From contig MHKF01000018.1 of assembly GCA_001818315.1 (NCBI GenBank), forward strand, positions 325 through 64,324: a stretch of 64,000 nt of DNA, read 5' to 3'. The DNA comes from Candidatus Kerfeldbacteria bacterium RIFCSPLOWO2_02_FULL_42_19. GTDB lineage: Bacteria; Patescibacteriota; Patescibacteriia; HO2-48-17. The translations under genes were made by a program, and so were the position numbers. The notes beneath the pieces are model-generated. The model was not told the origin of the DNA and made no database searches. It saw only the letters and a list, made by a program, of their open reading frames with translations. How positions within the stretch are numbered: position 1 is the stretch's first letter; every line of letters starts with the position of its first letter. Of the stretch, positions 38,269 through 46,596 are shown piece after piece.

Positions 38269-38483
38269 TCGCTGTCGCCCTTTCGTTCCTTCCATGTTTT
38301 TTTCTCACCTTCAATCTCGATTTTGCCAAACTTGTTTTTGACATTGCTCCTTCCTTTCTCATGATTTTCTTCCTCTTCCTTTGTGCGGCCCTGCATTGTG
38401 CGGGGTCGTTTCTTTTCCAGCGTACGCAAGTTGTGCTATAAAAGAAAAGGCTGTCTAAAAGCCTCATATTTTATATTTTTCTC

Positions 38484-39608
38484 ATGAAATTTGGTCACAA
38501 GAAAAAAGTTATTGTTGCCATGTCCGGAGGCGTGGATTCGTCTGTGGCGGCTTTGCTTTTGCAGCAACAAGGGTATGATGTGACGGGAGTGTTTATGAAA
38601 AATTGGTCCGGTACTTCCCTCGGTCTCACAGGAGTTGCCGCGCGTCAGTGGGAAAATCAGTGTCCTTGGGAGCGCGATGCGTATGATGTACGTCGGGTTT
38701 GTCAACGTTTACATATCCCGTACTACACTTTTAATTTTGAAAAAGAATACAAAGATGCGGTACTTGATTATTTTTTTCGGGAATACCGCGCTGGTCGTAC
38801 CCCGAATCCTGATATTATGTGCAATAAGGAAATCAAGTTTAAGGTATTTTTAGAAAAAGCATTGTCCCTCGGTGTCGATGCTATTGCTACAGGGCACTAT
38901 GCGCGTTGTGTTGTGCGTGAGTCAAAGTTCGAAGTGCATATTCCGCATGATCGCGCGAAAGATCAAACTTACTTTTTGTATACCCTGACGCAAGCACAAC
39001 TTGCGCATACTCTGTTTCCGCTTGCGGATTACACAAAATCGGAAGTACGTGCGCTTGCGCGGCAGACGAATCTTCCGACGCATAATAAACCAGACAGTCA
39101 GGGGATTTGCTTTGTGGGGGAAGTTGATATACGCAAGTTTCTTGAAACGACGATTGCACGAACTCCGGGCGCGATTGTGAGTGTTGATAATGAAGTGATC
39201 GGAGTACATCAAGGTCTCGCGTTTTATACGATTGGTCAGCGTGAAGGTTTGAATATTGATCGCGGTGGACCGTGGTATGTTGTGGATAAACGAGTTGATC
39301 GTAATAAACTCATTGTAGCGTGTGGTGCTCATCATAAGGCGCTTTTTTCGCACGGACTTCTTGCAACTCAAGCGCATTGGATTTCCCTTGAGCCCACGCA
39401 ATTTCCTTTGCATTGTCTTGCGAGGATACGATATCGTCAGACTCTTGAATTAGCGACGGTGCAGAAATCAAAAGAGTCTGAAGAGCCTTCGCGTCTTGAC
39501 GTACAATTTTCCACGCCACAACGTGCGATTACCCCCGGTCAATCCATTGTTTTTTATGACGGTGATCACATGCTCGGTGGAGCAGTCATAGAGCAATCTC
39601 TTCACTGA
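38484..39608 (+). CDS. mnmA: tRNA-specific 2-thiouridylase
   Basis: PP-loop 'VIVAMSGGVDSSVAA', 'NPDIMCN', 'DSQGICFVGE'. Confidence 0.9.
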   Translation: MKFGHKKKVIVAMSGGVDSSVAALLLQQQGYDVTGVFMKNWSGTSLGLTGVAARQWENQCPWERDAYDVRRVCQRLHIPYYTFNFEKEYKDAVLDYFFREYRAGRTPNPDIMCNKEIKFKVFLEKALSLGVDAIATGHYARCVVRESKFEVHIPHDRAKDQTYFLYTLTQAQLAHTLFPLADYTKSEVRALARQTNLPTHNKPDSQGICFVGEVDIRKFLETTIARTPGAIVSVDNEVIGVHQGLAFYTIGQREGLNIDRGGPWYVVDKRVDRNKLIVACGAHHKALFSHGLLATQAHWISLEPTQFPLHCLARIRYRQTLELATVQKSKESEEPSRLDVQFSTPQRAITPGQSIVFYDGDHMLGGAVIEQSLH

Positions 39609-39665
39609 CGGGTTTGTCGCCGAATACCATTTCTGCTGCAATTGCAGCATTTCGTCCAGAATCGC
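39609..39665. repeat. MITE-like element, copy 8 (left arm + partial interior only)
   Basis: GGGTTTGTCGCCGAATACCATTTCTGCTGCAAT... matches the left 45 bp of copy 9. No right arm found. Confidence 0.5.
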
Positions 39666-40095
39666 TCTCTCCAACAACTTTGAGTTTGATGCGCGTGATT
39701 ATTTCCATGTGCATCGCCTGAAGGTTTTTTTCTTGGATCGGGCATTCTACGCTGGTACCTTCGCGAAACGACCTCTTGGTGTTGGGCCGCTGATAGGCGT
39801 CAATCACACGTTCGGCGCATTTCCTGTAGGAATTGCATTCGCTGGACCTCTCTACCGCTGGACAGATAGTACCTTTGGTTTCTTTGAACTGTCGCTTATA
39901 ATTCGGTTTTGAGCTATTATTAAAGCACAAGACCTAAATGCAAGCATTGCTTTATAAGTAAAAGCGTTTCTTGGGGTGCTACGAGTTGCAAGTACGAAAC
40001 TTGTGCCGTAGTATCCCATTTTTTTATTCAGCATTTTGTCAATTTCTGTATTGCTTCACTTTGCCAAGAATTTTTTTTTCGCTATACTCAGTTCT

Positions 40096-41949
40096 ATGCA
40101 TACTCATGAAATACGTCGAAAATACCTTGCGTTTTTTCAGAAGCAGGGTCACGCGATTATTCCTTCGGCGCCCCTTATTCCTGAGCATGATCCGACAACG
40201 TTATTTACGGGTTCTGGAATGCAGCCGATTTTGCCGTATTTATTAGGTGCACCGCATCCCGAAGGCACGCGACTTACGAATTCCCAGAAGTGTTTTCGCG
40301 CTGAAGATATTCCAGAAGTAGGTGACAATCGTCACACGACATTTTTTGAAATGCTTGGTAATTGGTCACTCGGCGATTATTTTCAAAAGGAACAGATCAC
40401 TTGGATTTTCACATTTCTTACGCAAGAAATCGGGCTTGATCCGAAACGTTTATACGTGTCGGTTTTTCGTGGAAAAGAAACGATTGGCGTGTCACGAGAT
40501 GACGTTTCAATACAATTATGGCAGGAACAGTTTCGCCGCGTTGGTACCAGGGCAAAAGCAGTAGATGATTCATGGCACAAAGGATTACAAGGCGGGCACA
40601 TTTTTTACTATGACGAGAAAAAAAATTGGTGGTCGCGTTCAGGAGTGCCGGAAAAAATGCCTGTTGGTGAGCCGGGAGGGCCGGATTCCGAAATGTTTTG
40701 GGATTTTGGTGCCGAGTGGCAATTGCATGAAAATTCAATTTTTAAAGATCAGGTGTGCCACGTGAATTGTGATTGCGGTCGATTTATGGAGATCGGCAAC
40801 AATGTTTTTATGACGTATCTCCGAACTCGGGATGGATTTACGCCGCTGCCGAAGAAAAATGTGGATTTCGGCGGAGGCTTGGAGCGCATAGCTGCTGCTG
40901 TCAATAATAATCCTGATATCTTTCGCATTGATATTTTTTCCGAGGCTCGTAATACTCTTGAACAATTGTCAGGTATTTCGTACGGTTCAGCAACTCAAGC
41001 GACTAAAGTCTTCCGAATTATTCTCGATCACATACGCGCTGCAACTTTCCTGATAGCTGACGGCGTGTACCCTTCCAATAAAGATCAAGGTTATTTTGTG
41101 CGGCGACTGCTTCGTCGCGCTTTGCAGTATGCTTCTCAAATTCACATTGAAAAGCAATGTGCTGCCCTGCTTGTAGAAAATTTTATTGCATTGTATGAAC
41201 GAGTTTACCCAGAGCTTGTCCGAAACAAAACAAGAATCGTTCAAGAAATTGTTCAAGAGGAAGAAAAATTTCGTAAGACACTTACGCGCGGACTCAAAGT
41301 TTTTTCACAGATTCGAGACAACGGCAAAATTTCTGGTGAACAGGCGTTCGATTTATTTACTACGTATGGATTTCCGTTTGAGATGACACAGGAACTTGCT
41401 CAAGCAGCAGGTATTGTTGTGGATACCCAAGGTTTTCATGAAGCCATGCAGAAGCATCAGGAGCTTTCGCGCACAGGCGCTTCGCAAAAATTTTCTGGAG
41501 GGCTTGCTGATCATTCTCAGTTCACAGTTCGAGGACACACCGCAACGCATTTACTCCATCAAGCTTTGCGAAAAGTCTTAGGTCCACATGTTGTGCAAAA
41601 AGGGAGTAATATTACGCCGCAGCGCATCCGATTCGATTTTTCGCATCCTACAAAACTTTCAGATTCAGAGTTGCAAGCTGTCGAGCGTATAGTGAATGAA
41701 GAAATTCGTCGGGATTTACCTGTGAGTTTTGAAGTTTTGAGTGTTGCAGAAGCAAAAAAGAAGGGTGCTATGGGTGTTTTTGATGAGCGTTACGGTAGTA
41801 AAGTGAAGGTCTATCGCATCGGTGATTTTTCGTACGAAATTTGTGGAGGACCGCATGTCGCTCATACTACTGAAGTAGGGAAGTTTCGGATCGTGAAAGA
41901 AGAAGCGTGTTCCGCCGGAGTACGGCGCATCAAAGCAGTTTTGACTTGA
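40096..41949 (+). CDS. alaS: Alanine--tRNA ligase (catalytic + editing domains, no C-Ala domain)
   Basis: 'HTTFFEMLGNWSLGDYFK', editing 'HTATHLLHQAL' and 'CGGPHV'. Ends about 30 aa after the editing core. ATG at 40096 preferred over the track start. Confidence 0.85.
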   Translation: MHTHEIRRKYLAFFQKQGHAIIPSAPLIPEHDPTTLFTGSGMQPILPYLLGAPHPEGTRLTNSQKCFRAEDIPEVGDNRHTTFFEMLGNWSLGDYFQKEQITWIFTFLTQEIGLDPKRLYVSVFRGKETIGVSRDDVSIQLWQEQFRRVGTRAKAVDDSWHKGLQGGHIFYYDEKKNWWSRSGVPEKMPVGEPGGPDSEMFWDFGAEWQLHENSIFKDQVCHVNCDCGRFMEIGNNVFMTYLRTRDGFTPLPKKNVDFGGGLERIAAAVNNNPDIFRIDIFSEARNTLEQLSGISYGSATQATKVFRIILDHIRAATFLIADGVYPSNKDQGYFVRRLLRRALQYASQIHIEKQCAALLVENFIALYERVYPELVRNKTRIVQEIVQEEEKFRKTLTRGLKVFSQIRDNGKISGEQAFDLFTTYGFPFEMTQELAQAAGIVVDTQGFHEAMQKHQELSRTGASQKFSGGLADHSQFTVRGHTATHLLHQALRKVLGPHVVQKGSNITPQRIRFDFSHPTKLSDSELQAVERIVNEEIRRDLPVSFEVLSVAEAKKKGAMGVFDERYGSKVKVYRIGDFSYEICGGPHVAHTTEVGKFRIVKEEACSAGVRRIKAVLT

Positions 41950-42098
41950 CGAAATTTCCACGATCATTATAATGTGATTATAGATTCAGCACTTCACGAA
42001 TTTGTGTTTGTCCTCATGAGAACGGTTTTATAAGGCAGTCTTTGTATCTTCCTTATCTGCCGTGGTTCCGTGAGGTTCCAAAGGCATTTTTATTTATC

Positions 42099-42260
42099 GG
42101 GTCTGTCGCCGAATACCATTTCTGCTGCAATCGTAGAATTTCGGTCAGCATCGTTTCAAAATTTTTCGGCTTATATTCCATATAAACCTCAAAATTTATT
42201 CAGCGATTCTGTCACGAAATTCTACGATTTCGTGACGAAAGCGTATTCGGCGACAGACCC
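42099..42260. repeat. MITE-like palindromic element, copy 9
   Basis: GGGTCTGTCGCCGAATACCATTTCTGCTGCAATCG ... GAAAGCGTATTCGGCGACAGACCC. Lies between alaS and infA. Confidence 0.7.
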
Positions 42261-42265
42261 TCATC

Positions 42266-42658
42266 GTGATTGTTATAGAGATAAACTTTTTTGTGCAGCT
42301 TCAGTCCTCTCGTAAAGAAGAGCGCCAATCGCAGACAGAGCAACCTCCTGCTCCGTTAAGAGCTTCAGATGCGCCGTCTTCGTCTTCTTCTTCGCGCATT
42401 ACTTCCGGTATTCAGTCTTCTCAGTCTTCCGCGCGTATTAAGACGAACAAAAGAGGTTTCTTAGAGACGGAAGGTACCGTAGAAGAATTACTTCCGAATG
42501 CCCATTTTATTGTACTCCTCGAGAACGGGCATAAGATTCGTGCTCATCTTTCTGGTAAAATGCGAATGTATAAAATTCGTATTCTTCCAGGTGATCGTGT
42601 CACTATTGAAATGACTCCCTATGACCTCACGAAGGGAAGAGTTATTTATCGACATTGA
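42266..42658 (+). CDS. infA: Translation initiation factor IF-1 with Ser-rich N-terminal extension
   Basis: '[60 protein letters not shown]'. No in-frame ATG before this domain; likely a GTG start at 42266 or 42293. Confidence 0.7.
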   Translation: MIVIEINFFVQLQSSRKEERQSQTEQPPAPLRASDAPSSSSSSRITSGIQSSQSSARIKTNKRGFLETEGTVEELLPNAHFIVLLENGHKIRAHLSGKMRMYKIRILPGDRVTIEMTPYDLTKGRVIYRH

Positions 42659-42664
42659 TTGTAT

Positions 42665-42778
42665 ATGAAGGTTCGTGCTTCTGTGAAAAAAATTTGTGAT
42701 AAATGTAAAGTCGTGCGCCGTAAAGGACGCGTTCGCATTATTTGTGCGAATCCAAAACATAAGCAACGTCAAGGTTAA
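42665..42778 (+). CDS. rpmJ: 50S ribosomal protein L36
   Basis: [37 protein letters not shown]. Not in the ORF track because it is under 60 aa. Confidence 0.85.
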   Translation: MKVRASVKKICDKCKVVRRKGRVRIICANPKHKQRQG

Positions 42779-42783
42779 TTTCT

Positions 42784-43173
42784 ATGGCTCGCATCGCTGG
42801 TGTTACATTACCAAAAGAGAAGCGCATTGAGATTGCTCTCATGTATATCTTTGGTATTGGACCAACACTCTCAAAGAATATTTTGCGACAGACAGGCGTG
42901 CATCCCGATAAACGAACAAAGGATCTTACTTTGGAGGAAGTGAATACGTTGCGAGAAGCTATTGAAAAAGGTGAGTACACGATAGAAGGCGAGTTGCGTC
43001 GTGAAATTTATGGTCATGTCAAGCGACTTCGCGATATCGGTAGTTATCGCGGTATGCGTCATGCCAAGCGTTTACCAGTACGCGGTCAACGAACTCGAAC
43101 GAATTCTCGGACTATACGAGGAAATGTGCGACGTACGACGCTCAGCGGTCGACGTACGTTAGAAAAGACATAA
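42784..43173 (+). CDS. rpsM: 30S ribosomal protein S13
   Basis: '[26 protein letters not shown]'. Confidence 0.9.
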   Translation: MARIAGVTLPKEKRIEIALMYIFGIGPTLSKNILRQTGVHPDKRTKDLTLEEVNTLREAIEKGEYTIEGELRREIYGHVKRLRDIGSYRGMRHAKRLPVRGQRTRTNSRTIRGNVRRTTLSGRRTLEKT

Positions 43174-43189
43174 GATTATATATTGATAT

Positions 43190-43663
43190 ATGGAACAAAT
43201 TGCTTCAAAGCAAATCTCTTCTTCAACTTCAACCGCTACTCCGTCAGGTACAGTAACATCTGATCACGCTGTTTCGGAGCAGATAGTTGTCAGTCGTAGT
43301 AAGAAAAAACGGCGTGTTGTGACTCGTGGAAAAGTGCATATTCATTCTACTTACAACAATACTATTTTTACGATCACAGACCTTGCTGGCAATGTTATTG
43401 CCTGGTCGAGCGCTGGAAAGGTTGGATTTAGTGGACCAAAAAAATCAACGCCCTATGCCGCTGGGATAGTTGTTCGGAGTACGATTGACAAAGCAAAAGA
43501 ATACGGACTCAAGGATGTTGTCGTTGAGGTAAAAGGTATTGGTACTGGACGAGATGCGGCAATTCGTGCAGTAGCTGCGCAGGGTTTAAACATTCTGAAT
43601 ATTCGTGATGTGACGCCGATTCCTCATAATGGCTGTAAACGTCCAAAACCTCGTCGGGTATAA
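43190..43663 (+). CDS. rpsK: 30S ribosomal protein S11 (with N-terminal extension)
   Basis: 'IHSTYNNTIFTITDLAGNVIAWSSAGKVGFSGPKKSTPYAA'. Confidence 0.9.
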   Translation: MEQIASKQISSSTSTATPSGTVTSDHAVSEQIVVSRSKKKRRVVTRGKVHIHSTYNNTIFTITDLAGNVIAWSSAGKVGFSGPKKSTPYAAGIVVRSTIDKAKEYGLKDVVVEVKGIGTGRDAAIRAVAAQGLNILNIRDVTPIPHNGCKRPKPRRV

Positions 43664-43680
43664 TTTTTATTTTTTCTCTC

Positions 43681-44322
43681 ATGTCTCAATATCTCGGAGC
43701 AAAATGTAAACTTTGTAGACGCGCAGGTGCAAAGCTTTTCCTTAAAGGAGAGCGTTGCTTAAGTTCAAAATGCGCTATTGTAAAGCGTAATTATCCTCCT
43801 GGACAACATGGTGGAGAACGTCAAGGTCGTTTATCTGAATATGGTTTACAACTTCGCACAAAGCAGAAATTGAAACAAATGTACGGCTTGCGTGAGGCTC
43901 AGTTTTTAAACACCTTTCAGAAGGCAGAACGTTTGCGCGGTAATACTGCGGCACATCTTATGCGACTTTTAGAACAGCGGTTGGATACGATTGTGCTTCG
44001 CGGGGGATTCGCGAGTTCTCGAGCGCAAGCTCGTCAACTCGTGCAGCACGGACATTTTTTGGTCAATGATAAAAAAGTTAATATTCCATCGTATCAGACG
44101 AAAGTTGGTGACACGATTACTGTGAGTCAAACTAAGACCAACAAAACATTTTGGAAAGATAGAAGCGCACGATCGACGAGTGAAGTACGTGAATTAGAAA
44201 TTCCGCAGTGGCTTTCGAGTGATCTTGCACAAGGTGTTATGAAAATTCTGACCGAACCAGAAACGCAACAACTCGCTGACAATATGAATATTTCGTTGAT
44301 TGTTGAATTTTATTCTAAGTAA
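43681..44322 (+). CDS. rpsD: 30S ribosomal protein S4
   Basis: 'YLGAKCKLCRRAGAKLFLKGERC'. Confidence 0.9.
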   Translation: MSQYLGAKCKLCRRAGAKLFLKGERCLSSKCAIVKRNYPPGQHGGERQGRLSEYGLQLRTKQKLKQMYGLREAQFLNTFQKAERLRGNTAAHLMRLLEQRLDTIVLRGGFASSRAQARQLVQHGHFLVNDKKVNIPSYQTKVGDTITVSQTKTNKTFWKDRSARSTSEVRELEIPQWLSSDLAQGVMKILTEPETQQLADNMNISLIVEFYSK

Positions 44323-44337
44323 GCCTAAATCATACGT

Positions 44338-45192
44338 ATGAACGAACTTACTTTACCTACACAGTTTCAAATAGAATCGTTGAGCGCTCGCCGAGCGCAT
44401 ATCAGTATTCAGCCATTGCATCCAGGTTTTGGCATTACTTTGGGAAATGCTCTTCGTCGCGTACTTCTTTCTTCACTACCCGGAGGTGCGATTACCGCGA
44501 TTAAAATCAAAGGAGTAAAGCATGAGTTTTCTGTGCTCTCAAATATGAAGGAAGATGTAGTAGATGTGATCCTGAATCTTAAGTCGCTGCGTTTAAAATC
44601 ACTTGCCGATGGCCCAGTGAAGCTTGTATTGGATATGAAGGGTGAAAAAGTTGTCAAAGCAAAAGACATTGAAAAAAATGCGCAAGTGGAAATTCTTGAT
44701 CTGGATCATTATATTGCTACGTTAACAAGTTCGGATGCAGAGTTGAAGATGGAAATGTGGGTGGAAAACGGGCGTGGATATGATCCAGTAGAAGGGCGTG
44801 TTTCTGATCGTACTGAGGTCGGTGTGATTGAAATTGATGCACTGTTTTCTCCTGTGCGATTGACAAATTTTACCGTAGAAAATATGCGCGTTGGACAATT
44901 GACGAATTATAATAAATTGATGGTAGATATTGAAACCGATGGCTCTGTTACTCCACTGGAAACATTTCAATCCGCTGCGAAAATTCTTGTGACTCATTTT
45001 CAATTATTCATGGACGTACCAGGTCTTTCTGTTCAGACTTCACCTGTTCAAACTCCACCGGTTGCCGAGATTGACTCGATTCCTGCTGTTTCCGATGAAT
45101 CTCATGAATCAGTATCGGAGTTAAAGAGTACGAAACTTTTCAAAAAGAGCAAAGCAGGCGGCAAAGCGTCTCGTAAAAAGAAATCTGAATAA
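44338..45192 (+). CDS. rpoA: DNA-directed RNA polymerase alpha subunit, NTD only (alpha-CTD replaced by basic tail)
   Basis: 'GFGITLGNALRRVLLSSLPG'. 284 aa ending in 'KSKAGGKASRKKKSE', with no HhH CTD. Confidence 0.85.
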   Translation: MNELTLPTQFQIESLSARRAHISIQPLHPGFGITLGNALRRVLLSSLPGGAITAIKIKGVKHEFSVLSNMKEDVVDVILNLKSLRLKSLADGPVKLVLDMKGEKVVKAKDIEKNAQVEILDLDHYIATLTSSDAELKMEMWVENGRGYDPVEGRVSDRTEVGVIEIDALFSPVRLTNFTVENMRVGQLTNYNKLMVDIETDGSVTPLETFQSAAKILVTHFQLFMDVPGLSVQTSPVQTPPVAEIDSIPAVSDESHESVSELKSTKLFKKSKAGGKASRKKKSE

Positions 45193-45200
45193 TTTTTTCC

Positions 45201-45566
45201 ATGCGTCATCGTAAACGAGGTAAAATTTTAGATCGCGCTCAAAGCAGTCGCAAAGCACTCTTACGTCAGATGATTGTCAGCTTTATCTTGCATGGCCGTA
45301 TGCAAACAACTCTTGCGAAAGCAAAGGTCGTGCAGCAAGCAGTTGAACCGCTTGTGACGATGGCGCGTCGCAATACTCTTGCTGTTCGGCGGACATTACT
45401 TAAATTGTGTGGGACAAGTTCGGATGCACAACAAGCAGTGCGTCTCTTACTTGAAAAGTTTGGACCAAAATATGCTCAGCGTAAGGGTGGCTATACTCGT
45501 CTTGTGAAAGGAAAAGTACGTCTCGGCGATGGAGCGCAACGTGTTTTTCTCGAATTTATTGAATGA
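45201..45566 (+). CDS. rplQ: 50S ribosomal protein L17
   Basis: 'MRHRKRGKILDRAQSSRKALLRQM'. Confidence 0.9.
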   Translation: MRHRKRGKILDRAQSSRKALLRQMIVSFILHGRMQTTLAKAKVVQQAVEPLVTMARRNTLAVRRTLLKLCGTSSDAQQAVRLLLEKFGPKYAQRKGGYTRLVKGKVRLGDGAQRVFLEFIE

Positions 45567-45573
45567 TATTTTT

Positions 45574-46005
45574 ATGGTTATTACTCTACCATCGTCTTCA
45601 CAAACTATACATTCTCAGCCGAAATTGGCGATTTCCCAGCAATCTCCCGTACGACTTGTACGTCATACACATCTTCTCGATGCTACTGGTGTTTCCGTCG
45701 GGCGTTTCGCAAGTCACATTGCGCAGCTTCTTATGGGAAAGCATAAAACATCATGGCGTAGTTATAAAGATGTTGGAGATATTGTACATGTGAAAAATGT
45801 ACAGCATTTGAAACTTACAGGAAAAAAACTCACCAATAAAGTTTATGTTCGATATTCCGGATATCCTGGTGGATTAAAAAGTATAAAGTCTTCGGAATTA
45901 CTTGCGCAGAATCCACAGAAACTTTTACGTCTTGCGGTGTACAATATGTTGCCAAAGAACTTTCAGCGAGACCGACTTATGAAACGTTTGCGTTTTCATT
46001 CATAA
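45574..46005 (+). CDS. rplM: 50S ribosomal protein L13
   Basis: 'DATGVSVGRFASHIAQLLMGKHK...VRYSGYPGGLK'. Confidence 0.85.
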   Translation: MVITLPSSSQTIHSQPKLAISQQSPVRLVRHTHLLDATGVSVGRFASHIAQLLMGKHKTSWRSYKDVGDIVHVKNVQHLKLTGKKLTNKVYVRYSGYPGGLKSIKSSELLAQNPQKLLRLAVYNMLPKNFQRDRLMKRLRFHS

Positions 46006-46014
46006 TTTATCTTC

Positions 46015-46596
46015 ATGCCTACCAAAACAACAAAGAAACCGCGTGTTATTACGCGTACTACTAAAAAGAGCACCAGTTCGTCAAAGCGTATAAAACGTAA
46101 AGCAACCTCTAAGATTCCGTTAACTCCAGCAACTACTCTTCAACCAAAAGAAGGTACGACTCCAACAGTGCTTCCTGTGTCACAAGAGAGTGCGGTATTA
46201 CGCAAAAAGTCGTATCTATATGCGGTTGGTAGACGTAAATCCGCCGTTGCTCGTGTGCGACTTTATGTTGATAAGCAATCCGAAATTACGGTGAATGAGA
46301 GATCTGCGGCTCAATATTTTCATAATTTTTATCTCGAGAAGATCGTAAGTGATCCCCTCCGTGCCACTGAATTACTTGGCAAAGTTGGATTGAGTATTAA
46401 AGTCAGTGGCGGTGGACCTCGGGGACAGGCTGAAAGTATTCGTCATGGCATCGCACGAGTATTGACAAGTTGGCAAAAAGAATTTCGTGCTCCACTGAAA
46501 CAAGCTGGGTTTTTACGTCGTGATCCACGTGTGAAGGAACGCAAAAAATACGGGTTAAAGAGAGCACGTCGTGCTCCACAATGGTCGAAGCGCTAA
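46015..46596 (+). CDS. rpsI: 30S ribosomal protein S9 (with about 60-aa basic N-terminal extension)
   Basis: 'AVGRRKSAVARVRLY...GGGPRGQAESIRHGIARVL...RRDPRVKERKKYGLKRARRAPQWSKR'. Confidence 0.9.
   Translation: MPTKTTKKPRVITRTTKKSTSSSKRIKRKATSKIPLTPATTLQPKEGTTPTVLPVSQESAVLRKKSYLYAVGRRKSAVARVRLYVDKQSEITVNERSAAQYFHNFYLEKIVSDPLRATELLGKVGLSIKVSGGGPRGQAESIRHGIARVLTSWQKEFRAPLKQAGFLRRDPRVKERKKYGLKRARRAPQWSKR

Noticed and set aside
37470-38467. Overlapping ORFs on both strands within the GC-rich island (37470..37889+, 37507..37902-, 37952..38467-, 38079..38429-, 38241..38441+)
   Set aside because: High GC suppresses stop codons, and mutually overlapping frames cannot all be coding. Only the longest RBS-preceded ORF was retained, at low confidence.
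39940-40035. T-box riboswitch upstream of alaS
   Set aside because: 'ggggtgctacgag' only weakly resembles the T-box consensus AGGGTGGNACCGCG, and no specifier-loop context was found. It is kept only as a possible attenuator hairpin.
5946-42260. Possibility that the repeated about 18-bp GGGACTGTCGCCGAATAC units form a CRISPR array
   Set aside because: The copies are scattered across 36 kb and occur as inverted pairs enclosing variable 20-150-bp interiors. They lack regular spacing and uniform spacers, and no cas genes are present.
42266-42300. IF-1 N-terminal extension being an artefact of ORF calling
   Set aside because: It was not rejected outright. No ATG, GTG or TTG lies immediately before the conserved 'ETEGTV' start of the IF-1 fold, so some extension seems required. 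Its length is uncertain.
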